Positions 39,787 to 50,582 of a stretch of DNA of 64,000 bases are shown here, one piece after another. A model generated the notes under the pieces. That model did no database searches. It saw only the letters and a list, made by a program, of their open reading frames with translations, and was not told where the DNA came from. The stretch covers positions 480,001-544,000 of the forward strand of contig CAWGYA010000008.1 of NCBI GenBank assembly GCA_963826715.1, given 5' to 3'. Position 1 is the stretch's first letter; the number at the start of each line of letters is the position of its first letter. The DNA is from Candidatus Bathyarchaeota archaeon. GTDB lineage: Archaea > Thermoproteota > Bathyarchaeia > Bathyarchaeales > Bathycorpusculaceae. Made by a program: the position numbers and the translations under genes.

Positions 39787-41706
39787 ATGAAGCAAACTCT
39801 AGCCCAAAAAATCTTGGCTAAACATCTAATCGAAGGCAATATCGAGGCGGGCGAAGAAATCGCCATCAAAATCGACCATACTTTAACCCAAGACAGTACG
39901 GGGACCTTAGCATATCTCGAATTTGAAGCTATGGGCGTGCCTAAAGTCAAAACTGAACTCAGCGTTAGCTTCGTCGATCATAATATGCTACAAAACGATT
40001 TCAGAAACGCCGATGATCATCGCTATCTCCAGAGTGTCGCCGCTAAGTACGGCATACTCTTTTCACGTCCAGGAAACGGCATCTGCCACCAGCTTTACCT
40101 TGAACGCTTTGCCCGACCAAGCAAGACACTTTTGGGCAGTGACAGCCACACCCCAACCGCAGGAGGCATGGGCATGATAGCCATTGGCGCTGGAGGCTTA
40201 GATGTTGCAGCCGCTATGGCCGGTGAACCATTCTATCTACAAATGCCTAAAGTCGTCGGTATAAAACTCACTGGAAAGCTGCAGCCATTTGTCTCAGCTA
40301 AAGATGCGATACTACAAATTTTAAAAATACTCACCGTGAAGGGTGGAGTCAACAAAATCCTCGAGTATTATGGTCCAGGTGTAGAAACGCTTAGTGTGCC
40401 AGAACGTGGCACAATCACCAATATGGGAACTGAAACAGGCTGTACCACCTCAATTTTCCCCTCGGACAAAACTACAATGGAATTTTTGAAAAGTCAGCAA
40501 CGTGTAGAACAGTGGCTTGAGCTCAAAGCAGACGATGATGCAGAGTACGATGAAACCCTTGAAATCGATCTTTCCAAAGTGGAACCTCTAATCGCATTAC
40601 CCCACAGCCCAGATAACGTCAGAACCGTAGCAGAGATAGAGGGAACACCAGTGGACCAAGTTTGTATTGGCAGCTGTACTAACTCTTCGCTCAGGGACCT
40701 TAAAATCGTCTCAGCACTGTTGAAAAACAAGAGAATTGCTGTAAATATTAGCTTGACAGTCTCTGCCGGTTCAAGACAAGCGATGGTGAATTTGGCTTCA
40801 ATGGGAGAATTAGAGCCACTAATTCAGTCAGGCGCCAGAATCCTCGAAAATGCCTGCGGACCGTGCATAGGCATTGGTCAAGCGCCCACTACAGGCGCAG
40901 TTTCCTTGCGCACGTTTAATCGCAACTTCAAAGGACGCAGTGGAACACAGGATGCCCAGGTTTATCTTGTCAGCCCCGAAACCGCAGTTGCTGCAGCTTT
41001 AACAGGAAAAATTACGGATCCACGTAAACTTGGTAACTACCCAGAAATCAACATACCCGACCGGTTCATTCTAAGCGATTCCATGTTTATCCAACCAACC
41101 CAATGTGCATCTTCAGCGGTAATTATGGGTCCAAACATTAAGCCTCTACCAACTTTTGCTCCATTACCGAAGAAACTCGACGGTGAGGTGCTTTTAAAAA
41201 CCGGTGATAACATATCAACCGATGACATCTTACCAGGAGGTAGCGAAATTATGTCATTACGCAGCAATATACCCCAAATCAGTACCTACACTTTTTGTCA
41301 TGTGGACAAAACCTTCGCTTCTCGAGCTATACAGAAGGGTGGTGGATTCATTGTCGGTGGTGAAAACTATGGACAAGGCAGCAGTCGGGAACATGCAGCA
41401 CTTGCACCGAAATATCTCGGGGTTAAAGCTATCATCGCCAAATCTTTCGCTCGAATTCACTTGGCCAATCTTGTGAATTTTGGAATTTTGCCATTGACTT
41501 TTGCCAATAAAAATGACTATGACTGCATTTCTTTGGGCGATGTGTTAGAACTTGAAGTTGATAATTTTAAAAAGACACTAGTGGCTATTAATAAAACCAA
41601 AGGCACAAAAATACAGGTAAATCTAAACCTCAATACTATAGAACGAGAGATAGTTTTTGCAGGCGGTAAATTAGCAGCCATAAAAGCAAAACAAATCAAA
41701 AAATAG
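39787..41706 (+). CDS. Aconitate hydratase (about 640-aa archaeal/bacterial type)
   Basis: 'QDSTG', 'GNGICHQ', 'DSHT', 'IGSCTN', 'CGPCIG', 'FNRNF', 'GQGSSREHAA'. Confidence 0.93.
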   Translation: MKQTLAQKILAKHLIEGNIEAGEEIAIKIDHTLTQDSTGTLAYLEFEAMGVPKVKTELSVSFVDHNMLQNDFRNADDHRYLQSVAAKYGILFSRPGNGICHQLYLERFARPSKTLLGSDSHTPTAGGMGMIAIGAGGLDVAAAMAGEPFYLQMPKVVGIKLTGKLQPFVSAKDAILQILKILTVKGGVNKILEYYGPGVETLSVPERGTITNMGTETGCTTSIFPSDKTTMEFLKSQQRVEQWLELKADDDAEYDETLEIDLSKVEPLIALPHSPDNVRTVAEIEGTPVDQVCIGSCTNSSLRDLKIVSALLKNKRIAVNISLTVSAGSRQAMVNLASMGELEPLIQSGARILENACGPCIGIGQAPTTGAVSLRTFNRNFKGRSGTQDAQVYLVSPETAVAAALTGKITDPRKLGNYPEINIPDRFILSDSMFIQPTQCASSAVIMGPNIKPLPTFAPLPKKLDGEVLLKTGDNISTDDILPGGSEIMSLRSNIPQISTYTFCHVDKTFASRAIQKGGGFIVGGENYGQGSSREHAALAPKYLGVKAIIAKSFARIHLANLVNFGILPLTFANKNDYDCISLGDVLELEVDNFKKTLVAINKTKGTKIQVNLNLNTIEREIVFAGGKLAAIKAKQIKK

Positions 41707-41945
41707 AGGTAACATCCCAGCCCGAAGTTTCTACAGCCCATTTTGAAGCTTTCTAATCCCCAATTTCGCAAGTTTGAGGAACTGTAAATTTCGTATTTTC
41801 CATATCGTAAGTTCTTCATAGCAATGCGACTAAAACGAAAGAGCCAAAATGGATCATCCGTAAAAAACTGAATTAAGTTATGTAAGCCCTTAATTGCACT
41901 CTTTTTCTAATAACACTTAAGTCAGTGTTGCTAAAAATTGGAGAA

Positions 41946-42632
41946 TTAAAACTCCCAAGCAGTAGTATTAGTTAGAATGTATGTAATTACTAAACGGTAT
42001 TGTGGGTTGTTGTATTCTTGCCAGTTCTGCATGTTAACCATCATACCGGTTTGTTTGTCAAAGTTGACTCCAACGTAATCATAGCGGTAGGTGCTATGTG
42101 TGGGATCGTTGGCATCGAAAAACTCACTATCGACCCAGAAAAAGTTTGTTGCCCTATCAGCGCTGGAGTAACTTTTGGAGTCTGTTGCGTTAACCCTTTG
42201 ACCGTCAAATCCTTCTGGGCGCAATAAGTCATTTACTGTGAGATCGGAGGGATAAATTGCCCAGAAGCCATTATCGTCACTTTTGTCGCCATTACCAATG
42301 TTGATTTTTTGGGTTTGGGTTAGGTCGGTTCCGTTTTTGAATTTCCATTCGGTCGCAAGGGTAATAGTTGTGTTCTGGATATCAACTACTCTGACTTTAT
42401 AGTATTCAGTGGCATTATACTCAGTGAAATAGTCAGGAGTCGTTACGTTTACACCCAAAACGGATATTCCTTGTATTGAATAAGTGAAGGTATCGCCTAC
42501 TTGCACGCCCACCTTTATGGGTTTAGGGATACTTGCGAAATAAACAGCTGCTGCTGAGGCTACAACAAGGATAACTATCAGTGAGATTGCAATGTAGAGA
42601 TTTTTGTGACTGGGTTTCTTCACGTAAGACAT
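41946..42632 (-). CDS. N-terminally anchored extracellular hypothetical protein
   Basis: TM helix then 'VGVQVGDTFTY' and a beta-rich domain. Confidence 0.75.
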   Translation of the reverse strand: MSYVKKPSHKNLYIAISLIVILVVASAAAVYFASIPKPIKVGVQVGDTFTYSIQGISVLGVNVTTPDYFTEYNATEYYKVRVVDIQNTTITLATEWKFKNGTDLTQTQKINIGNGDKSDDNGFWAIYPSDLTVNDLLRPEGFDGQRVNATDSKSYSSADRATNFFWVDSEFFDANDPTHSTYRYDYVGVNFDKQTGMMVNMQNWQEYNNPQYRLVITYILTNTTAWEF

Positions 42633-42804
42633 AGCTTAATCATTGAAGGTTTCAACTATTTAGTTGTTTTCCCAAAAGCATAATCCAATCGATATCCATG
42701 ATAAAACCAAAAGTAAAGCGCATGTATTTCATCTATTAATGTAAAAGGTATAGTAATCTGATCCGACAAAGCAAAAATTATTTGGCGCCGCTGAAAAGGA
42801 CATT

Positions 42805-42915
42805 TCAGTCTTCTATATTCAGCAGAAACTCAACAATCTTTGCCAATTGCGCGGCTGTGACGCGATCGAGATTTTGTTCCTCGTCAATGTTTACGATTGA
42901 GTTTTCGCTTTGCAT
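42805..42915 (-). CDS. Possible 36-aa acidic microprotein
   Basis: MQSENSIVNIDEEQNLDRVTAAQLAKIVEFLLNIED; amphipathic C-terminal helix. Confidence 0.35.
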   Translation of the reverse strand: MQSENSIVNIDEEQNLDRVTAAQLAKIVEFLLNIED

Positions 42916-43151
42916 AAACTACGGGTATACTCGTTCGTGTAATAACAGTATCTACGGCTTTTACTTCGAAGTTCGAAGTTGTGAATGTTTGCAGGGCAAG
43001 CATTTTAACAGTTTCATGTAATTTAAAGGCTTCATGATAGCTGCAACCCATGGAAAAATTTAATTAAAAACATTAATTCACTTATTTATCCATTAAAAAA
43101 TAAATCTGCAGTCAACAAGAGTTATATCCCAAAACACCCTAATAGAAAACT

Positions 43152-43427
43152 ATGTCAGCCAAAGTTCATTGTTGCCACATACTCGTCAATACAGAAACTG
43201 AAGCAAAAAACGTCAAAGCCCGCCTAGACAAAGGCGAAAAATTCGCAGCTATAGCCGCACAAGTTTCTCTTTGCTCATCAGGGAAAAAAGGCGGAGATCT
43301 CGGCAAATTCGGACGCGGCCAAATGGTTAAGGAATTCGAGAAAACTGCCTTCGAACTCAATAAGGGCCAAATTTCGGAGCCAATCAAAACGAAGTTCGGA
43401 TATCACATCATCAAGAGACTCGAGTAA
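43152..43427 (+). CDS. ppiC: Parvulin-type peptidyl-prolyl isomerase
   Basis: 'HILV', 'SLCSSGKKGGDLG.FGRGQMVKEFE', 'KTKFGYHII'. Confidence 0.93.
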   Translation: MSAKVHCCHILVNTETEAKNVKARLDKGEKFAAIAAQVSLCSSGKKGGDLGKFGRGQMVKEFEKTAFELNKGQISEPIKTKFGYHIIKRLE

Positions 43428-43497
43428 ACCCAGAAGAGGCTGTCGCTGAACCACTTTTTACTTAGCCTTCTTTGACTCCAAAACAGCAGGTACCTTA

Positions 43498-44238
43498 ATG
43501 AAGAATAACAAATCAAAGATATCACAGAAAACAAGGATTCATTTTGCCGTTTGTGTAGCGCTTCTTGCAGGTTTTCTGTGCATCACCATCTTTAGACTAA
43601 ACCTTAACGCCGCCGACTCTGCAGTTAACCTTTGGATACCAACTATCCAATCAACGGTCTTAACTTTTCTTGCTGAAGCCATTGCGCAGGTCTTTGACAC
43701 TACAAGCTTAGTCCTCATTTCACTTGTAATTTCAGGCATCTTCTTTCTGAAAAACCGCAAACCCCATGGCTTGCTTCTTCTGGGCGCAATAGGCGGAGAC
43801 GCACTCATCGTTGAAACCATTAAGATACTTGACCACATTACAAGACCAACAAATGGCATCCTGATAGAAACAGGGTTTTCTTATCCTAGTGGACACAGCG
43901 CAGATGTTATCGTTTTTGGGGGTGTGCTAGCTTATTTTGCGTGGCGACATTGGCATTGGCAAAGTAAACGTGTGAGAACAGCGGTCGGTATCGGTTTGGG
44001 TGCGTTGGTGAGTGTTGTGGGTTTTGATCGGCTTTACTTGAATGTTCATTGGCTGAGTGATGTTTTGGGTGGTTGGTTGTTTGGGGCGTTTTGGTTGTCG
44101 TTTGTTGTTTTGTTATTTGATCAACTTGAGGTGAGAGGGAAGTTTGGGTTTGAGAGATTTGATTTTGTTGCCGATTTACTTTTTGTGCTGGCGGTTGTAG
44201 TTTCGGTTTTGGTTGTTTTGTCAGGGTTTATTGGATAA
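43498..44238 (+). CDS. PAP2-family membrane phosphatase
   Basis: 'K......RP', 'SYPSGHS', '[15 protein letters not shown]'. Confidence 0.92.
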   Translation: MKNNKSKISQKTRIHFAVCVALLAGFLCITIFRLNLNAADSAVNLWIPTIQSTVLTFLAEAIAQVFDTTSLVLISLVISGIFFLKNRKPHGLLLLGAIGGDALIVETIKILDHITRPTNGILIETGFSYPSGHSADVIVFGGVLAYFAWRHWHWQSKRVRTAVGIGLGALVSVVGFDRLYLNVHWLSDVLGGWLFGAFWLSFVVLLFDQLEVRGKFGFERFDFVADLLFVLAVVVSVLVVLSGFIG

Positions 44239-44339
44239 TTACTCATATTCGCCGTCTAAAGATATATCTTATACAGACACATTTAAATGCTACAAAAACA
44301 ACTTTAACAAAAACAGTCGCTAAGCGGGAGCAAGACCTT

Positions 44340-46760
44340 TTGAACCAAGAAAAAACTGAAAAAATCGTACTCAACATCGGCGGAATGAGCTGCATAAACT
44401 GCGCACGAGCTATTGAAAAAGCACTCAAAAAACAAAACGGGATAACCCAAGCAACCATCAACTTAGCCGCAGAAAAAGCCATTATTGACTACAATCCAGA
44501 CCTCATCAACCAGAAAACAATAGAGGACACTATAATCCAAGCTGGGTACCAAGTCATCCACGAAAAAATCGCCCTCCAAGTCGAGGGCATGACATGTATA
44601 AACTGTGCTAAAACCATCGAAAAAGTACTTCAGCCCCGAGAAGGCATCTATAACGCCACCGTCAACTTTGCTATGGAAAACGTTTTGGTTGAGTATAATC
44701 CTGAACAGATTAGTCTCCCCGCAATCAAAAAAGCCATCCGAGACGCAGGCTACCAAGTGGTTGAACCCCAACAGAAAACAACCGAGGACGCCGAAGGAAA
44801 AGCACGCCAACGCCACATCCGACACTTAAAACTACTCTTAACCACCAGCATCACGTTAACGGTGCCAATCATGCTCATGATGTATTTTTCGCCGCTCCCT
44901 ATGGCCCAGACCAACATTTTGATGTTTATTTTAGCCACACCCGTTCAATTCATCGTCGGCTGGACATTTTATGTCGGAGCTTATAAGGGCCTGCGAAACA
45001 AAACCGCCAACATGGATACCCTTATCGCAATGGGTACCTCGACAGCGTGGATTTACAGCACCGTCGTCACCTTCGCCCCAAGCATCTTCCCAAACGGAGC
45101 AGTTTTCTTCGACACGGCAGTCATGATAATGAGCTTCATCTTAGTGGGCAAACTCTTAGACGCCATCGCTAAAGGCAGAACCTCAGAGGCCATCCGAAAA
45201 ATTATGGGGCTTCAAGCCAAAACCGCCCGGGTCATCCGCGACGACACAGAAATCGAGCTACCCATAGAAGAGGTCCAAGTTGGTGACATTTTGGTTGTGC
45301 GACCAGGCGAGAAAATCCCCGTGGACGGTACCGTCGTCGAAGGTTATTCGGCGGTGGATGAGAAAGTCATCACGGGCGAGAGTATTCCAGCGGAGAAGCG
45401 CAAGGGCGACTTGGTTGTTGGCGCCACGATGAACAAGACCGGCATGCTCAAGTTCGAAGCAACGAAAGTTGGTAAAGACACAGTTCTTGCCCAAATCATC
45501 AACCTAGTCGAGGACGCATTAACTTCGAAGGCACCTGTTCAACGAATAGCTGACGTAGCAGCGGGCTACTTTGTGCCCGCAATAATCTTGACGGCGACGC
45601 TGTCGGCGTTTGTGTGGTATTTCCTTGTCGGCGAAACCTACATTTTCTCGCTCACCGTGTTTATCGCCGTTTTGATTGTTGCTTGCCCCTGTGCTTTGGG
45701 CTTGGCTACTCCGACAGCTATCATGGTCGGTGTCGGAAAAGGTGCAGAAAACGGCATCTTAATAAAAAGCGGGGAGGCGCTGGAAACGGCGCATAAGCTT
45801 CGAGCAATCGTATTCGACAAAACAGGCACCCTTACCAAAGGTGAACCTGAGGTTACAGACATTGTCACCGACAAATCATTCACTGAAATGCAGCTTTTGC
45901 AGTATTCCGCTGTGGCAGAGAAGAACTCTGAGCACCCATTAGGTGAGGCCATCGTTAAATTGGCAAAATTAAAAGGACAAAGCGTAGAGGACCCCGACGA
46001 TTTCATAGCAATACCTGGACAAGGCGTCGAAGTCCAGTACAAAGGGTTAAAAATTTTGCTGGGCAACCGAAAACTGATGGAAACCAACAGCGTCAACATA
46101 AGCCACCTGGAAGTACAAATGGTAACGTTTGAAGCAGAGGGCAAAACAGCAATGCTATTAGCAGCAAATGGCAAAGCCGCCGGGTTAATTGCGGTAGCTG
46201 ACACATTAAAGGAACATTCAGCCGATGCTGTACATGCTCTTAAAGAAATGGGGCTTGAAGTCATTATGTTAACTGGCGATAACAAGCGCACCGCTCAAGC
46301 CATCGCCTCTCAGGTCGGCGTGGATCGCGTACTCTCAGAGGTTTTGCCCAGCGAGAAAGCCACCGAAATCAAGCGGCTACAAAGCGAGGGAAAGGTAGTT
46401 GCAATGGTGGGTGACGGCATAAATGACGCACCAGCATTGGCACAGGCAAACATCGGCATAGCAGTAGGCACAGGAACCGATATAGCGGTGGAGACAGGTG
46501 ACATAGTGTTAATCAAAAACGACCTACGCGACGTGGTAGTTGCCATCCAACTCAGCAGAGCTACCATGCGCAAAATACGGCAGAACCTGTTCTGGGCGTT
46601 CTTCTACAACATACTTCTCGTTCCGCTTGCAGCAGGGGCATTCTATCCAATCATACATGTACTCTTTAACCCCGTCTACGCGTCGATTGCTATGGCAAGC
46701 AGTTCCGTCACCGTAGTCAGCAATGCATCACTTCTTCGCAGGTTCAAACCAAAACTCTAA
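44340..46760 (+). CDS. copA: Cu(I)-translocating P1B-1 ATPase with two HMA domains
   Basis: GMxCINC twice; TGES; CPC; DKTGT; SEHP; GDGIND; YN and MxxSS. Confidence 0.96.
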   Translation: MNQEKTEKIVLNIGGMSCINCARAIEKALKKQNGITQATINLAAEKAIIDYNPDLINQKTIEDTIIQAGYQVIHEKIALQVEGMTCINCAKTIEKVLQPREGIYNATVNFAMENVLVEYNPEQISLPAIKKAIRDAGYQVVEPQQKTTEDAEGKARQRHIRHLKLLLTTSITLTVPIMLMMYFSPLPMAQTNILMFILATPVQFIVGWTFYVGAYKGLRNKTANMDTLIAMGTSTAWIYSTVVTFAPSIFPNGAVFFDTAVMIMSFILVGKLLDAIAKGRTSEAIRKIMGLQAKTARVIRDDTEIELPIEEVQVGDILVVRPGEKIPVDGTVVEGYSAVDEKVITGESIPAEKRKGDLVVGATMNKTGMLKFEATKVGKDTVLAQIINLVEDALTSKAPVQRIADVAAGYFVPAIILTATLSAFVWYFLVGETYIFSLTVFIAVLIVACPCALGLATPTAIMVGVGKGAENGILIKSGEALETAHKLRAIVFDKTGTLTKGEPEVTDIVTDKSFTEMQLLQYSAVAEKNSEHPLGEAIVKLAKLKGQSVEDPDDFIAIPGQGVEVQYKGLKILLGNRKLMETNSVNISHLEVQMVTFEAEGKTAMLLAANGKAAGLIAVADTLKEHSADAVHALKEMGLEVIMLTGDNKRTAQAIASQVGVDRVLSEVLPSEKATEIKRLQSEGKVVAMVGDGINDAPALAQANIGIAVGTGTDIAVETGDIVLIKNDLRDVVVAIQLSRATMRKIRQNLFWAFFYNILLVPLAAGAFYPIIHVLFNPVYASIAMASSSVTVVSNASLLRRFKPKL

Positions 46761-46797
46761 GTAACCCAAAACGAAATGGTTTGGAGGTGAATTACGT

Positions 46798-47040
46798 ATG
46801 GCAAAAGACTTAGTATGTAACATGGATGTTGACGAGAAAACCGCGAAGTGGAAGGCAGTCTACAAGGGCAAAACTTACTACTTCTGCGCTCCAGGATGCA
46901 AAAAAGCCTTCGAAAATGAACCTGAACTTTATCTGAAGGCTGAAGTTTCAGCGGACCAGCACCACATGCACCATCATCACCATGAAGGCGAAGACACGGG
47001 TAGCTGTGATAGCTGTGGCTGCGGATGTGGAAACCACTAA
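46798..47040 (+). CDS. YHS/TRASH-domain metal chaperone with His/Cys-rich tail
   Basis: 'DLVCNMDV...YYFCAPGCK..F..EP..Y'; tail HHMHHHHH...CDSCGCGC; GGAGGTGA SD. Confidence 0.9.
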   Translation: MAKDLVCNMDVDEKTAKWKAVYKGKTYYFCAPGCKKAFENEPELYLKAEVSADQHHMHHHHHEGEDTGSCDSCGCGCGNH

Positions 47041-47249
47041 AACAAAAACCTCTTTCTTTCCTTTTTTGTAAATCTAACTTTTTTTGTTTTTAATCGTCTC
47101 AAAGATGAAGTTGAAGATGATTTTATCTGAATCAATTCAATCATCCAATTAGCATTTAAATTCCGGGTAACGACGGCATCTTTATTATTTTGGTTAATTA
47201 GGAAGGTCTGGCTTAGTTACGATGGGAGTTCTATAGGTCCGGAGCGAAA

Positions 47250-47912
47250 TTATTTAAGCGTACCCAGAAGCACATGCTCGGCAAAGAGGTCCTCGCTAAA
47301 CGCACCCACAAACTCTGTTTTTTCGTTTATTATTACTTTGGGTACGCCGATAACGTTATATTTCACAGATAGGTCGGGGAATTCGCTACTTTCAATCACA
47401 TCGGCTCGAATAAGGTCGGATTCGACAGCGAGTTTATGGGCGACTGAAGCTGCGACGGGACAGTGTGGACATGTGAGGGTGACAAAGACTTTGATTTGCA
47501 CGGGCAGCATTATGTCTTTTAAGACGACTTTGGTTTTCTCAGATAGATCTGTAGTACCTTTGGAAACATTAAAGATAGCTTCGATTAGTGTCTGAAGCTC
47601 ATAGCCAAATGGAATGCCATAGATACGCACACCATAGTCCTTTTTTCCAATTATGGCTAACGCAGGGATCTTTTCGATGCCGTATTCTTTGGCTTTTTCG
47701 GAGTCTCTTACGAAATCATAAATTTCCACGGATAATTTTTCACTCAGACCTGCGATTTCCATTGCAAGTTTACGAGTGTCGTTACAAAAACGGCATTCCA
47801 CCTTCTGAGTAAACATGACAAGCGTAACTGGATCTATTAGTTTATCTTGAAAGTCTTTTTTCAAGAATTCTTTTTTTTCGTCAGGAAGTAAACTCAAAAT
47901 TTTGTCCTCCAC
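47250..47912 (-). CDS. Protein disulfide oxidoreductase (double thioredoxin fold)
   Basis: CRFC and CPHC motifs; 'GIPFGYE'; 'GVPK'. Confidence 0.92.
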   Translation of the reverse strand: MEDKILSLLPDEKKEFLKKDFQDKLIDPVTLVMFTQKVECRFCNDTRKLAMEIAGLSEKLSVEIYDFVRDSEKAKEYGIEKIPALAIIGKKDYGVRIYGIPFGYELQTLIEAIFNVSKGTTDLSEKTKVVLKDIMLPVQIKVFVTLTCPHCPVAASVAHKLAVESDLIRADVIESSEFPDLSVKYNVIGVPKVIINEKTEFVGAFSEDLFAEHVLLGTLK

Positions 47913-48052
47913 AACCCTTGCCTTTCAGCTATAAGAAATACTTTAGCGTTTGTTGCATATAACTTTAGAGCGCATTTGAAACGAAAGTGATATAAACGGT
48001 AGCGAATGAATTTTTCTAGTTAATTATTTAGTGTTTTGGAGAGACAAATAGA

Positions 48053-49240
48053 ATGGTTAAAGTCACTTTAAAAAATGGTGTAAGTTGGGTGGGCGTTGTT
48101 GACTGGGATATGCGTGACTTCCATGGTTATGTCACTAACCGGGGAAGCACCTACAATGCTTACCTTATTCAGGACGAGAAAATAGCTTTAATTGACACAG
48201 TAAAACACAGCTTCTCGGATGAACTCGCCCGAAAAATCAAGGAACACGTTCCCCTTGAGAAAATCGACTACATTATTATCAACCATGTGGAGATGGACCA
48301 CTCCAGCAGTCTTCCGATGATAGCTAAATTAGCGCCGAATGCGAAAATTCTATCTTCCCAACGGGGCAAAGAGGAACTAATCGAACACTATGGTCCTGAA
48401 TTTAACCATGTTGAAACGGTTAAATCTGGCGACGAACTCAAACTGGGCAAAAAGACACTACGCTTTATGGAGGCACCGATGTTGCATTGGCCTGACAGCA
48501 TGTTCACATACATAGTTGAAGACAAAATTTTGATGCCTAACGACGCTTTCGGTCAGCATTTGGGGACGTCTGAGCGCTTTGATGACGAAGTTGATGAACA
48601 TGTGCTGATGGAAGAAGCAACAATGTATTATGCCAACATCCTTATGCCGTTGGCACCGCTTATCACCCGCAAAATCCAAGAAGTTGTCGCAATGAAAATT
48701 CCTATAGACATTATCGCACCCAGCCACGGCGTTATCTGGCGCAAAGACCCTATGAAAATCATCAACGCATATCTGGAGTGGAGTAGCGGTGCATCAAAAA
48801 ACAAAATTGTTATAGTTTTCGACACCATGTGGAACAGCACTGATAAGATGGCACGGGCTATAGCTGACGGCGCAGCAAGCGAAGGTGTAGATGTAAAACT
48901 CCTCAAGCTGCGTGCTTCACCTAATTCGGAAGCAGTCACCCAAATCCTGGACGCCAAAGCCGTCCTTGTTGGTTCACCAACGCTCAACAACGGCATATTC
49001 CCAACAGTTGGTGGATTCCTCACCTACGTTACAGGACTCAAACCCAAAGGCAAACTGTGGAGCTTTTTCGGCTCGCTTGGCTGGGGAGGCGGCGCAGTAA
49101 AAGGCATGACTAAGATGGCAAAAGAAGCAGGTTTTACAGTAGCTGAACCAGGCGTAGAAGTTAAGTTTGTTCCAAACGAGGATTCGCTCAAGAAATGCTT
49201 TGAGTTTGGGCAACAAATCGCCCAGAAAATCAAAGCCTAA
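48053..49240 (+). CDS. fprA: Flavodiiron protein (O2/NO reductase)
   Basis: 'HVEMDH', 'LHWPDSM', 'DAFGQH', 'APSHG'; flavodoxin domain. Confidence 0.96.
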   Translation: MVKVTLKNGVSWVGVVDWDMRDFHGYVTNRGSTYNAYLIQDEKIALIDTVKHSFSDELARKIKEHVPLEKIDYIIINHVEMDHSSSLPMIAKLAPNAKILSSQRGKEELIEHYGPEFNHVETVKSGDELKLGKKTLRFMEAPMLHWPDSMFTYIVEDKILMPNDAFGQHLGTSERFDDEVDEHVLMEEATMYYANILMPLAPLITRKIQEVVAMKIPIDIIAPSHGVIWRKDPMKIINAYLEWSSGASKNKIVIVFDTMWNSTDKMARAIADGAASEGVDVKLLKLRASPNSEAVTQILDAKAVLVGSPTLNNGIFPTVGGFLTYVTGLKPKGKLWSFFGSLGWGGGAVKGMTKMAKEAGFTVAEPGVEVKFVPNEDSLKKCFEFGQQIAQKIKA

Positions 49241-49284
49241 TTCAGCCCTTATTTTAAAAAAAGAAAAAAATAGGCATTAGCTGC

Positions 49285-49788
49285 CTATGTTATCTTCATG
49301 AATTTCTCTTTTTTTGTTGCACAGATGGGACAAGAGTCAGGTATTTTGCCTTCAAAAGTGTTTCCGCAAACTGGACATACGTAAAGATCGGCTAAAGAAA
49401 GGTCCTTTTTAGCTTTAACGGCATCAATTGCTTTTTGATATAGCCCCGCGTGTATTTGCTCGACTTTGTTGGCATAGTCAAAGCTAAGAACTGCGGCTTT
49501 GTTGCCTTCGGCCTTGGCTTCTTCGATAAATTTGGGGTACATCTGCTTGAACTCATAAGTTTCGCCAGAAACTGCAGTGCTGAGGTTGTCAACTGTGCTT
49601 TTGACTTGCCCGAGCACCCGAAGATGGTTATGAGCGTGGACGGTTTCAGCTTCCGCTGCAGCTTTGAATAGTTTTGCAATTTGGGGGAACCCTTCTTGTT
49701 CGGCTGCTTTGGCAAAAGCGAGATAAAGGCGGTTAGCTTGAGATTCGCCTGCAAAGGCAGCTTTTAGGTTTTCATCAGTTTTAGACAT
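49285..49788 (-). CDS. rbr: Rubrerythrin
   Basis: 'AFAGESQA', 'ETVHA', 'VEQIH'; CPVC/CPIC rubredoxin tail. Confidence 0.95.
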   Translation of the reverse strand: MSKTDENLKAAFAGESQANRLYLAFAKAAEQEGFPQIAKLFKAAAEAETVHAHNHLRVLGQVKSTVDNLSTAVSGETYEFKQMYPKFIEEAKAEGNKAAVLSFDYANKVEQIHAGLYQKAIDAVKAKKDLSLADLYVCPVCGNTFEGKIPDSCPICATKKEKFMKIT

Positions 49789-49941
49789 TTAAAATCACAA
49801 TAGATTGTTAAGCAAAGGCGAGTAATAAGCACTACCTCGTCAAAGCCGAAACAGAATACCAATTTAGTGGCTTGAGTCTTTAAAGCAAAGTATATTAAGC
49901 ATTTTCAGCTTTGAAAATAATTGATTTTTGGTGAAACTTTT

Positions 49942-50556
49942 ATGGAAAAAATAAAAATTTTTACTCTACCAAAACTACCCTACGACTACAACGCCCTATC
50001 CCCATACATATCTGAGGAACAACTAAAAATCCACCATGAAAAACACCACCAAGGCTACGTCAACGGCGCCAACAACATATTCAAGAAAATAGATGAAGCC
50101 AAAGAAGCCAAAACCATGCTCGACACAAAAGCCATCGCTAAAGAACTCAGCTTCAACATAGGCGGCCACATGCTCCATACAACCTTCTGGGAAAACATGG
50201 CGCCCGCAGGCAAAGGCGGCGGAGGAACACCAGGCGGAGCAATCGCAGACGTAATCGACAAGCAATTCGGCGGCTTTGACATGTTCAAAAAAACCTTCTC
50301 TACGGCGGCGATAGGCACGGAAGGCTCAGGTTGGGCGGCTCTGGCGGTTCACCAATGCGTAGACCGCGCGTTGGTTATGCAGATTGAAAAGCACAATGTT
50401 AACGTTTTCCCCGATTTCCAAATCGTGATGGCGCTGGATGTTTGGGAGCACGCTTACTACATTGACCATAAGAATGACCGCGCCAAATTCGTTGAGAACT
50501 TCTGGAACATCGTCAACTGGGACAGAGTGAACAAGAACCTTGCCCTAGTAAAATAA
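49942..50556 (+). CDS. sod: Fe/Mn superoxide dismutase
   Basis: 'HHEKHHQGYV', 'GGHMLHTTFW', 'DVWEHAYY'; start moved to ATG 49942. Confidence 0.96.
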   Translation: MEKIKIFTLPKLPYDYNALSPYISEEQLKIHHEKHHQGYVNGANNIFKKIDEAKEAKTMLDTKAIAKELSFNIGGHMLHTTFWENMAPAGKGGGGTPGGAIADVIDKQFGGFDMFKKTFSTAAIGTEGSGWAALAVHQCVDRALVMQIEKHNVNVFPDFQIVMALDVWEHAYYIDHKNDRAKFVENFWNIVNWDRVNKNLALVK

Positions 50557-50582
50557 ACCCTTTTTTTGGGTTCCACCATTTT

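Noticed and set aside
44259-44289. Palindromes AAGATATATCTT and CATTTAAATG upstream of copA as a copper operator
   Set aside because: Both are explained by TATA-box composition, and no cognate regulator is adjacent
45638-46291. Long antisense ORF within copA and similar short overlapping ORFs throughout the track
   Set aside because: Antisense or alternate-frame shadows of well-supported genes
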